A stretch of DNA of 64,000 bases from contig JBKHKD010000007.1 in NCBI GenBank assembly GCA_046537785.1, forward strand, positions 10,832-74,831, written 5' to 3'. How positions within the stretch are numbered: position 1 is the first letter of the stretch; each line of letters starts with the position of its first letter. The notes beneath the pieces were generated by a model. That model saw only the letters and a list, made by a program, of their open reading frames with translations, made no database searches and was not told the DNA's origin. The position numbers were made by a program, and so were the translations under genes. This document shows, in pieces, positions 21,804 through 30,044 of the stretch. This DNA comes from Actinomycetota bacterium. GTDB taxonomy: Bacteria; Actinomycetota; Acidimicrobiia; Spongiisociales; ZC4RG35.

Positions 21804-24281
21804 ATGTTTGAACGCTTTACAGATCGGGCTCGCAGGGTCGTTGTACTGGCCCAAGAAGAAGCCCGGTTTCTAAACCACAACTACATCGGCACAGAACACA
21901 TCCTCCTCGGATTGCTGAACGAGGGGGAAGGAATCGCCGCCCAGGCCCTCGAGAGTCTCGACATCGATCTCGCCTCCGTCCGGGACGAGGTCGTCAAGAT
22001 CATCGGCCAGGGCCAGCAATCCCCTTCGGGGCACATACCCTTCACGCCCCGCGCCAAGAAGGTTCTCGAGTTGTCTCTCCGCGAGGCGCTCCAGCTCGGT
22101 CACAACTACATCGGGACCGAGCACATCCTGCTCGGCTTGATCCGGGAGGGGGAAGGCGTCGCCGCCCAGGTCCTCCAGCAACTCGGTGCCGAGCTCCAGA
22201 AAGTTCGTCAGACCGTCATCCAGCTCCTGTCCGGGCCTGGTGGCAGCGAAGAGCAGCAGCCGAAGACCGCGGGTGCGGGTGGCCGCGAGGCCAGTTCGTC
22301 CGGCTCGACGGTTCTCGACCAGTTCGGTCGCAACCTCACCCAGTCGGCCCGGGACGGCTCCCTCGACCCGGTCATAGGCCGCACCCGGGAGATCGAGAGA
22401 GTCATGCAGATCCTCTCCCGTCGCACGAAGAACAACCCCGTGCTCATCGGGGAACCCGGCGTAGGCAAGACCGCCATCGTCGAAGGGCTCGCCCAGCAGA
22501 TCGTGTCCGAGGAGGTGCCCGAGAATCTCAAGGGCAAGAACCTCTACACCCTCGACCTCGGGGCCCTCGTCGCCGGCTCGCGTTATCGCGGTGACTTCGA
22601 GGAGAGGCTCAAGAAGGTTCTGAAGGAGATCAAGAACCGCGGGGACATCATTCTCTTCATCGACGAGATCCACACCCTCGTCGGTGCCGGTGCCGCCGAA
22701 GGCGCCATCGATGCCGCGTCCATCCTCAAGCCGATGCTGGCCAGAGGCGAGCTTCAGACCGTCGGCGCAACCACACTCGAGGAGTACCGCAAGTATCTGG
22801 AGAAAGACTCCGCTCTCGAGCGGCGTTTCCAGCCGATCCAGGTCGAGGAGCCGTCACTGACCGACACCATCGAGATTCTCATGGGTCTCAAGGATCGTTA
22901 CGAGGAGCACCACTCGGTCAGATTCACCGACCAGGCCATCGTCTCGGCAGCGAACCTGGCGGACCGCTACCTCGCCGATCGGTTCCTGCCCGACAAGGCC
23001 ATTGATCTAATCGATGAAGCCGGCTCCCGAATGAGGATCCACCGCAAGAGCGACATACCCGAGATACTCGACATCGACACCAAGCTCGCCGGGCTTCGCA
23101 GGAACAAGGTCGAGGCAGTTTCCGGCGAGAACTACGAACGTGCCGCTTCCCTCCGTGACGAGGAGCGGACCCTGCTGGTGGAGCGGGCCGAGCACGAAGC
23201 CGACTCGGACGCCAATGGCTGGGTCATCGACGAAGAGGAGATCGCCGAGGTCCTGGCGCAGTGGACCGGGATCCCTGTCCACCGTCTCACCGAGGAGGAG
23301 ACCTCCCGTCTGGTTCACATGGAGGACGAGCTCCACAAGCGGATCATCGGCCAGCACGACGCCATCCAGGCCGTTTCCAAGGCCATCCGCAGGACGCGCG
23401 CCGGGCTCAAGGACCCGCGTCGTCCCGCCGGCTCTTTCATCTTCCTTGGCCCCTCCGGTGTCGGAAAGACCGAGACCGCCAAGGCTCTCACCGAGTTCCT
23501 GTTCGGTCAGGAGGACTCACTCATCCAGCTCGACATGTCCGAGTACATGGAGAAGCACACTGTGAGTCGTCTGGTCGGCTCGCCTCCCGGCTATGTCGGG
23601 TACGACGAAGGAGGCCAACTGACCGAGGCCGTGCGGCGCAAGCCCTTCTCGGTGGTCCTCTTCGATGAGATCGAGAAGGCGCATCCAGATGTCTTCAACA
23701 CCCTGCTCCAGATCCTGGAGGAGGGTCGTCTCACCGATGCCCAGGGCCGCAGCGTCGACTTCAAGAACACCGTCATCATCATGACCTCCAACCTGGGAAC
23801 CCGTGACCTCCACAAGAAGGCGGTCGGGTTCCACGTTGAAGACGAGGAGCTGACCTACGAGCACATGAAGGAGCAGGTCACCGACGAGCTGAAGAAGAAC
23901 TTCCGGCCCGAGTTCATCAACCGGCTCGACGAGATCATCGTCTTCCACGAACTCAAGATGGACGAGCTCAAGCAGATCGTCGACCTGTTGCTGACGAGGG
24001 TCCGCGAACAGCTTGCCAGCCAGCACCTCGATCTCGCTTTGACCGACGATGCCAAGGAATTCCTTGGTGAGCAGGGGTATGACCCCGAGCTCGGAGCAAG
24101 GCCGCTCCGTCGTGCCATTCAGCGTCTTCTCGAGGATCCCCTCTCGGAGCGAGTACTGCTTGGCGAGTTCAAAGCGGGAACGACTGTCCTGGCCAGCTTC
24201 GACGCCGAGAACGAGGAACTGACCTTCGAGGGGATCACCTCCCCCGAGACACCGCCCGTGGAGCTGGCAGGCCAGGAGTAG
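21804..24281 (+). CDS. clpC: ATP-dependent Clp protease ATP-binding subunit ClpC
   Basis: It has a duplicated Clp_N repeat and two AAA+ modules ([16 protein letters not shown]). Confidence 0.97.
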   Translation: MFERFTDRARRVVVLAQEEARFLNHNYIGTEHILLGLLNEGEGIAAQALESLDIDLASVRDEVVKIIGQGQQSPSGHIPFTPRAKKVLELSLREALQLGHNYIGTEHILLGLIREGEGVAAQVLQQLGAELQKVRQTVIQLLSGPGGSEEQQPKTAGAGGREASSSGSTVLDQFGRNLTQSARDGSLDPVIGRTREIERVMQILSRRTKNNPVLIGEPGVGKTAIVEGLAQQIVSEEVPENLKGKNLYTLDLGALVAGSRYRGDFEERLKKVLKEIKNRGDIILFIDEIHTLVGAGAAEGAIDAASILKPMLARGELQTVGATTLEEYRKYLEKDSALERRFQPIQVEEPSLTDTIEILMGLKDRYEEHHSVRFTDQAIVSAANLADRYLADRFLPDKAIDLIDEAGSRMRIHRKSDIPEILDIDTKLAGLRRNKVEAVSGENYERAASLRDEERTLLVERAEHEADSDANGWVIDEEEIAEVLAQWTGIPVHRLTEEETSRLVHMEDELHKRIIGQHDAIQAVSKAIRRTRAGLKDPRRPAGSFIFLGPSGVGKTETAKALTEFLFGQEDSLIQLDMSEYMEKHTVSRLVGSPPGYVGYDEGGQLTEAVRRKPFSVVLFDEIEKAHPDVFNTLLQILEEGRLTDAQGRSVDFKNTVIIMTSNLGTRDLHKKAVGFHVEDEELTYEHMKEQVTDELKKNFRPEFINRLDEIIVFHELKMDELKQIVDLLLTRVREQLASQHLDLALTDDAKEFLGEQGYDPELGARPLRRAIQRLLEDPLSERVLLGEFKAGTTVLASFDAENEELTFEGITSPETPPVELAGQE

Positions 24282-24347
24282 AGGACTCCCCTTCAAACTC
24301 CTAAAGGCGGGTTCCCGAGCGGTCGATTCTGTACGGGCGCTTTAGCT

Positions 24348-25004
24348 ATGCCCACTCTTTTCGTCCTCCTGGCCGCCATGACCTTCGGCCTCGGATCCGG
24401 GGAGGAGCCCGAATACGCTCCGGCCGGTGACGAGGCCTACTCGCTTGATCTCGAATTGGACGGATACGTCAACGGAAGGATGGACCCCGACCGGATGCTG
24501 TCCGTGGGCGGCTGCACCCTGGAGCGCGACGCCGCCTATCTCTTCTCTCTGCTCATGGACGCGGCCCGCAAGGATGGGATCGACCTCCGCCACGAAGACT
24601 GCTACCGGTCCTATGACGTGCAGGCGAGGGCCTATGAGCGTCGCTGCCCTGTGGTCGAGACCGCGATCTTCAGGCTCGACCCCGACAGCGGCGAGAAAGT
24701 ACGAACGGGCACCAAGCGGGAACGCGAGTGCAGCGGCCCACCCATCGCTCCCGCCGGGCGCTCCAACCACGGCTGGGGACGCGCCGTCGACTTCGCCGCC
24801 CGCGACTCGGTACTCACCTGTTACGACGAGGAGTTTCACTGGCTCAAGCTGAACGCCCACCGCTTCGGTTGGGTGCACCCCGAGTGGGCTGAGTGCGGCA
24901 AGGTCACCCAGGAGCCGTGGCACTGGGAGTTCGCTGGCGTCACCGACCCCACCCTCGTCCAGTTCATCGACATCGACCCCGCCCTGGTCCCCGCCCTCGA
25001 GTAG
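24348..25004 (+). CDS. M15 (VanY-like) D-Ala-D-Ala carboxypeptidase family protein
   Basis: It has a signal-like N-terminus and the motifs SNHGWGRAVDF and EPWHWEF. Confidence 0.75.
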   Translation: MPTLFVLLAAMTFGLGSGEEPEYAPAGDEAYSLDLELDGYVNGRMDPDRMLSVGGCTLERDAAYLFSLLMDAARKDGIDLRHEDCYRSYDVQARAYERRCPVVETAIFRLDPDSGEKVRTGTKRERECSGPPIAPAGRSNHGWGRAVDFAARDSVLTCYDEEFHWLKLNAHRFGWVHPEWAECGKVTQEPWHWEFAGVTDPTLVQFIDIDPALVPALE

Positions 25005-25006
25005 CC

Positions 25007-25062
25007 GAAACCTGCAACCTCAGGTTGGGTGGCTCATATGTGGAACCCACAGCCTCGAGAAA
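25007..25062. repeat. left arm of an imperfect inverted repeat flanking the DUF559 gene
   Basis: By hand, an ungapped alignment to the reverse complement of 26027-26082 gives 43 of 56 matches, including the blocks ACCTCAGGTT, GGCTCA and AGCCTCGAGAAA. Confidence 0.6.
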
Positions 25063-25071
25063 GGGCCGGGT

Positions 25072-25983
25072 TCACCATCCTCGGGACTCAAGAGCGGCCT
25101 TGACGGTCTGAATCACCGTTGACGGTTCCGTCTGGATCATCCGCCATGTGATTCTGAGGATGATCCAGCCCGCGATTTGTGCAGCGTTGTCTCTGGTGCG
25201 GTCGCTTTCGAAGGCATCGAAGGTTCCGTGCCAGCGCCGACTATCTCCCTCGATCAAGATCTTGTACATGGGATAGGCGAGATCGACTCGACCGTTGAGG
25301 CGTTTCAGCCATGGCGCATGAAACTGCTTGACCGGCTCCGGGAGACCAGCGTTGACGATCAGCTCGATCAGGAGACGCTCCAACTCGCTCTCGGAGAGGG
25401 CGTTTCCTGTCAAGTTCTCGATAACGTGGCGCATTCGCTTGATGCCCACCTTGCCCCGGCGCGAAAGCGCGGTGGTCAGCTCGACCAAATCATCGAGGTC
25501 GATCTTCCCGGCGATGAGGGCGTTCTCGACGATGCGCTCCAGCCTGCGAGCACTGTAGACCTTGGAAAGGTCGACAACCGTTCTCGGCGGCGTCGTGACA
25601 CGCGTGCCAGATATCTCCATGACATGCTCATCGAGTAGATCGGTTGACTGGTGGACGATGACGCCGGGGAAGGAGTGGGTGCCTCGATGGGACACGGTCA
25701 CACTGGGAGGTGAGTCTTCGATTGGCTGCAGACCGTGGATGCGAGCCGCCGCCTGGTGTGAGACCACCGCCCCGAGTGTCTTCAGGGCGGCACGCATCGC
25801 GATATCGGGACGGGTGGCCGTTCCGGGAAGAGCAAGCACACCCGGAGCAATCCGGACAAAGATCCCGTCGGTAACTCGCCGACTGAGGGTTGCCTTGGCG
25901 AGCCCCAGTGCAACGGCTTCTTGAGTGGAGAAGATCCCACCATTCCGCCGGGCGAACTCGATGACCTCTTTGGTTGCTGACAT
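25072..25983 (-). CDS. AbiEi_4-like N-terminal domain fused to DUF559 (Vsr-like endonuclease fold)
   Basis: The N-terminus is FARRNGGIFSTQEAVALGLAKATLSRRVTDGIFVRIAPGV. The C-terminus is VDLAYPMYKILIEGDSRRWH...RDNAAQIAGWIILRITW. I trimmed to the ATG at 25983. Confidence 0.75.
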   Translation of the reverse strand: MSATKEVIEFARRNGGIFSTQEAVALGLAKATLSRRVTDGIFVRIAPGVLALPGTATRPDIAMRAALKTLGAVVSHQAAARIHGLQPIEDSPPSVTVSHRGTHSFPGVIVHQSTDLLDEHVMEISGTRVTTPPRTVVDLSKVYSARRLERIVENALIAGKIDLDDLVELTTALSRRGKVGIKRMRHVIENLTGNALSESELERLLIELIVNAGLPEPVKQFHAPWLKRLNGRVDLAYPMYKILIEGDSRRWHGTFDAFESDRTRDNAAQIAGWIILRITWRMIQTEPSTVIQTVKAALESRGW

Positions 25984-26026
25984 ATGCCAAACATGACGTA
26001 TTCGGTCACTGAATGGAAGGGGGTCG

Positions 26027-26082
26027 TTTCTCGAGGCTCTCGGTTTCATATGTGAGCCGTGGAACCTGAGGTACGCGGTTTC
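26027..26082. repeat. right arm of the inverted repeat flanking the DUF559 gene
   Basis: See 25007-25062. Confidence 0.6.
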
Positions 26083-26105
26083 ACGCGCCGCTAGCGTGCC
26101 CGAGC

Positions 26106-27005
26106 GTGGACGTTGTCGTCATCGGGTCGGTCAATCGGGATATCAGTGTGATGGCACCCCGGTTGCCGCGGCCGGGGGAAACCGTCACGGGGACCGGGCA
26201 CTTCTACGGGCCGGGCGGTAAGGGAGCGAATCAGGCCGTCGCGGCGGCCTGTCTCGGGGCGGAGGTGGCGATGGTCGGCCGGATCGGGGACGACGAGCAC
26301 GGTGCGTCTCTGGTCGAGGGGCTGAGAAGGGCTGGAGTGGACGCGACAGGCATCGGGGTGGACGACCGGGCGGGCACCGGCATCGCGGTCATCACCATCG
26401 ACAATCGGGCGGAGAACACCATCGTCATCAGCCCCGGGGCGAACATGGAGCTGGCACCCCACCACATCGAGGCGTGTCACGATCTCGTTGCCGGAGCCGC
26501 TGTCGTGCTGGCCCAACTGGAGATCCCCATGGATACGGTCCTGGCCGCGGCAGGGATCACATCCGGCGTGTTCTGTCTGAATCCCGCACCCGCCGAACCC
26601 ATGCCGGCGGAACTCTTGGAGCGTGTCGACGTGCTGGTGCCGAACCGTTCCGAGCTGGGTGTGCTCGCTGGGGTCGACGAGCCGGGGACGGCTGCCGAGG
26701 CGGTGGCCATCGCGCGGAGACTTCGCCACCAGGGGCCCACGGTCATCACCTTGGGGGCCGACGGTGCGGTGATCGTTGACGGTGATGAATCGGAGATTTT
26801 CCCGGCCCCGGAGATCGAACCGGTCGACCCGACGGGGGCTGGTGACGCCTTTTGCGGGGCCCTGGCGACAATGCTCGCCTGGGGGCGGGAGCTGGAGCGG
26901 GCTGTTCCGTGGGCGGTTGCTGCCGGTGCAGCGGCGGTCACACGTCGTGGAGCTCAGACCGCGATGCCCACGATTGACGAGGTCGAGACGCTTCTTTCGG
27001 AGTGA
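26106..27005 (+). CDS. rbsK: ribokinase
   Basis: It has GGKGANQA and DPTGAGDAF (PfkB family, ribokinase-type N-terminus VIGSVNRD). The start is GTG. Confidence 0.9.
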   Translation: MDVVVIGSVNRDISVMAPRLPRPGETVTGTGHFYGPGGKGANQAVAAACLGAEVAMVGRIGDDEHGASLVEGLRRAGVDATGIGVDDRAGTGIAVITIDNRAENTIVISPGANMELAPHHIEACHDLVAGAAVVLAQLEIPMDTVLAAAGITSGVFCLNPAPAEPMPAELLERVDVLVPNRSELGVLAGVDEPGTAAEAVAIARRLRHQGPTVITLGADGAVIVDGDESEIFPAPEIEPVDPTGAGDAFCGALATMLAWGRELERAVPWAVAAGAAAVTRRGAQTAMPTIDEVETLLSE

Positions 27006-27017
27006 TACGCTCCCGCG

Positions 27018-27953
27018 ATCTCGAAGCCAATCATCATCGACACCGATCCCGGCCAGGACGATGCCGTGGCGATCCTCACCGCCCTTGCCTCTCCGGCTGA
27101 GCTCGCGGTGCTCGCCATTACGGCGGTTGCGGGGAACGTGCCTATTGACCTCACCGTCAGAAACAGCCTCGCCCTGGTCGAACTGGCCGGTCGGGAGGAC
27201 GTTCCCGTTTATCGGGGCTCGGTCCGACCCATGGTCAAGGACCTGGTGACAGCTGAATACGTCCACGGGCCCACTGGACTCGACGGAGCCGATCTGCCGC
27301 CGCCGACACTGAAAACGAGCCCGGGCCATGCGGTCGAGGGGATCGTAGAGCTGGTGAACTCTTCTGATCGGCCGGTGACGGTTTGCACGCTCGGTCCGAT
27401 GACCAATCTCGCTCTGGCCCTGGTCCGTGATCCCTCCATTGCTCAGAAAATCGAGCAGATAGTGATGATGGGGGGAGGGTTCTTCGAGGGAGGCAACACC
27501 ACCCCGGCGGCCGAGTTCAACATCTTTGTCGATCCCCACGCGGCCCACGTCGTGTTCACCAGCGGCATTCCGATCGTGATGATGCCTCTCGACGTGACCC
27601 ACAAGGCGCTTACGACCCCGGACCGTCTCGACCGCTTCACCAAACTCGGCACCCCGGCCGGAGACGCGGTCGCCGGCATGCTCGGCTTTTACGACCGTTG
27701 GGACATGGAGAAGTACGGGCTGCCGGGTGGCCCGTTGCACGACCCGACCGTCATCGCCTACCTGCTCCAGCCCGACCTGTTCGACGGCCGGAACGTCTCC
27801 GTCGAGATAGAAATCACCCCCGGCCCCACGCTAGGGATGACGGTGATCGACTGGTGGGGGGTCACCGACGACCCACCGAACGCCCTGGTGATGAACGCCA
27901 TCGACGCTGATGGATTCTTCGATCTTCTCGTAGAGCGGATCGGCCGGCTCTGA
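27018..27953 (+). CDS. nucleoside hydrolase (IUNH family); start codon unresolved
   Basis: The essential N-terminal motif IIIDTDPGQDDAVAI is encoded at 27030-27074, but no ATG, GTG or TTG lies between the in-frame TGA (27003-27005) and that motif. The first canonical start (GTG 27066) would delete the motif. The coordinate 27018 is an ATC codon and is only a placeholder. Confidence 0.8.
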   Translation: MSKPIIIDTDPGQDDAVAILTALASPAELAVLAITAVAGNVPIDLTVRNSLALVELAGREDVPVYRGSVRPMVKDLVTAEYVHGPTGLDGADLPPPTLKTSPGHAVEGIVELVNSSDRPVTVCTLGPMTNLALALVRDPSIAQKIEQIVMMGGGFFEGGNTTPAAEFNIFVDPHAAHVVFTSGIPIVMMPLDVTHKALTTPDRLDRFTKLGTPAGDAVAGMLGFYDRWDMEKYGLPGGPLHDPTVIAYLLQPDLFDGRNVSVEIEITPGPTLGMTVIDWWGVTDDPPNALVMNAIDADGFFDLLVERIGRL

Positions 27954-28035
27954 AGCTGCGGAGACCCGTTTCCACCACTCCGGCCGTAATGAGCGCTGGT
28001 CGGATAACCAATAACCAATAACGTGGCGCCTCACA

Positions 28036-28671
28036 ATGGATAAAGCGGTGCGCTCGTTGCTGATCGTCGGCGGTGCCTACCTCGCTGCACAGATGATGGC
28101 GGACATCGCTTCCTTGCGGATCGTGGAGTTCGTCGGGAACGCCGTCGACGCCGGCACCATCGTCTACCCGTTCACATTCACACTGCGCGACCTGATCCAC
28201 AAGATCGGTGGTAAGACGGCGGCGCGAACGCTCATCGTGCTTGCTGCTGCGGTCAACCTGGTGATGGCCGCCTATTTCGGCCTTGTCGGTCGTCTCCCGG
28301 CCGACCCGGGAACCGGTCCCCAAACCGAGTTCGGGGAGGTTCTCGCCCCGGTCTGGGGGATCGTGATCGCGTCGATCGTCGCCGAGGTGGTAGCCGAGCT
28401 CATCGACACTGAGGCCTATTCCGTGTGGGTGCGACACTTCGCCGATCGACACCAGTGGGGAAGGGTCCTCGCCTCGAATGCCGTGGCGATCCCGGTGGAC
28501 TCAGCCCTTTTTGTTGGCCTTGCCACCCTGTTTGGCGTGTTCCCGGTGGTCGCGGCCTGGTCGATTTTCTGGGTGAACGTGGTGTTCAAAGGAGGGATCA
28601 CCCTGGTGTCGGTCCCGTGGATCTACCTGGTGCGCCCCACACCACTCTCGTCTACGCATAAGGGTGTTTGA
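28036..28671 (+). CDS. YhhQ/VUT-family (DUF165) queuosine-precursor transporter-like membrane protein
   Basis: It is polytopic, and its N-terminal region (...DAGTIVYPFTFTLRDLIHK) resembles the YhhQ family. Confidence 0.75.
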   Translation: MDKAVRSLLIVGGAYLAAQMMADIASLRIVEFVGNAVDAGTIVYPFTFTLRDLIHKIGGKTAARTLIVLAAAVNLVMAAYFGLVGRLPADPGTGPQTEFGEVLAPVWGIVIASIVAEVVAELIDTEAYSVWVRHFADRHQWGRVLASNAVAIPVDSALFVGLATLFGVFPVVAAWSIFWVNVVFKGGITLVSVPWIYLVRPTPLSSTHKGV

Positions 28672-28735
28672 ACAACTAGTCTGCTTCCGCGGGCAGGCCA
28701 CTGTTCGCATTCACAGTCACTGGAGGAAATTCAGC

Positions 28736-29929
28736 GTGAAACGGAAAATTAGGTATCTCGCCATCTTCGCCATCCTGGGCCTCGTCATCGCGGCCTGTGG
28801 TGGTGACGAGGGCGGCGACACCACCACCACCGAGGCCCCGGCGGCAACAACCACCGAGGCTCCCGACGAAACCACGACCACCAGCGGTGCCGAAACCACG
28901 ACCACCAGCGGTGACGAAACCACGACGACCGCCGGAGAAATGGGCGAGGCAATCAAGGCATGTCAGGTCACCGACACTGGCGGCATCGACGACCAGTCGT
29001 TCAACCAGACGGCTTGGGCCGGCGTCGAGGACGCGATGGAGGATGGACTTGCCACTGAGGACTCCGACTTCTTGGAGTCTGGGGCTGACACCGACTATGT
29101 GCCCAACATCCAGTCGTCCATCGACGCAGAGTGCGACCTGATCATCACGGTCGGGTTCCTGTTGACCGATGCAACGGAAGACATGGCCCAGGAGAACCCG
29201 GACCAGCTGTTCCAGATCATCGACTCGACGATGCCTGAGCCACTGGACAACGTCCAGGGTGCGATCTTCGGCACGGCCGATGCCGCATTCCTCGCTGGAT
29301 ATCTGGCGGCTGGTGCTACCGAAACGGGCGTCGTCGCTACTTACGGTGGTATCCAGATTCCCTGCGGTGTGACCTGTTTCATGGACGGCTTCGTCTATGG
29401 CGTCAGGTACTACAACGAGGTGAACGACACCGAAGTCGAGGTGCTGGGTTGGAACCCCGAGGAACAGGACGGCACCTTCACCGGTGACTTCGAGAACCTC
29501 GACAATGGCCGCAATACCACCCAGGCGTTCATCGACTCGGATGCCGACGTGGTTCTCCCCGTTGCCGGCCCTGTCGGTCTCGGCTCCGCAGCTCTGGCAC
29601 AGGAGGTCGGTGACGTATGGGTTGTCGGCGTGGACGCCGACTGGTTCGACACCGCTCCCGAGTACGAGGACGTCATCCTGACGTCGGTGCTCAAGGGTCT
29701 CGACGTTGCTGTCTACAGCGCCATCGAGAGCGTGGTCAACGACAACTTCGAATCCGGACCGCGTCTCTATACGATCGAGGAGGACGGTGTCGGTTTGGGC
29801 GAGATCTCGCCTGAGATCGATCAGGCTCTCGTCGACGAGGTCGAGGAGATCAGGTCAGGGCTCCAGGACGGTTCCATCGAGACCTGCGCCCAGGCGGAGG
29901 GTCCGAGCGACTCCTGCCCGGACGCCTAG
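28736..29929 (+). CDS. BMP-family (PnrA/Med-like) ABC substrate-binding lipoprotein
   Basis: The GTG at 28736 follows a GGAGGA SD. It has the lipobox LVIAAC, a Thr-rich linker, and then a Bmp-type domain (DDQSFNQTAWAG). Confidence 0.85.
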   Translation: MKRKIRYLAIFAILGLVIAACGGDEGGDTTTTEAPAATTTEAPDETTTTSGAETTTTSGDETTTTAGEMGEAIKACQVTDTGGIDDQSFNQTAWAGVEDAMEDGLATEDSDFLESGADTDYVPNIQSSIDAECDLIITVGFLLTDATEDMAQENPDQLFQIIDSTMPEPLDNVQGAIFGTADAAFLAGYLAAGATETGVVATYGGIQIPCGVTCFMDGFVYGVRYYNEVNDTEVEVLGWNPEEQDGTFTGDFENLDNGRNTTQAFIDSDADVVLPVAGPVGLGSAALAQEVGDVWVVGVDADWFDTAPEYEDVILTSVLKGLDVAVYSAIESVVNDNFESGPRLYTIEEDGVGLGEISPEIDQALVDEVEEIRSGLQDGSIETCAQAEGPSDSCPDA

Positions 29930-29956
29930 CCGACCATTTAGTCGCAACGACCATGG

Positions 29957-29992
29957 GAAGGCCCCCACTTCGGTGGGGGCCTTCTCTTTTTC
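29957..29992 (+). terminator. intrinsic terminator/attenuator after the binding-protein gene
   Basis: A 12-bp perfect stem (GAAGGCCCCCAC / GTGGGGGCCTTC) with loop TTCG is followed by TCTTTTTC. Confidence 0.8.
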
Positions 29993-30044
29993 CTCGGGTG
30001 GATTGTGGCCCCAGTGACCACTGAGTGCATGGGAACCCGGCGCG

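Noticed and set aside
27003-27005. The in-frame TGA between rbsK and the hydrolase read as selenocysteine.
   Set aside because: I see no convincing SECIS-like hairpin immediately downstream. Neither enzyme family is a known selenoprotein, and the position is a linker, not an active site.
26091-27740. A 549-aa minus-strand ORF, one of the longest in the track.
   Set aside because: It lies antisense to ribokinase and nucleoside hydrolase, both of which have unmistakable motifs. Its product is Arg/Gly/Pro/His/Asp-rich with no motif. This is a typical shadow ORF of high-GC DNA.
28817-28939. Short tandem repeats as a possible CRISPR array. The same question applies to the Thr-codon runs at 51838-51960 and 54566-54660 and to the iterons at 43955-44054.
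   Set aside because: The repeats are contiguous, or spaced by 11-22 bp, with no unique spacers of 25-40 bp. Most lie inside coding sequence (Thr-rich linkers). No cas genes are present in the window.
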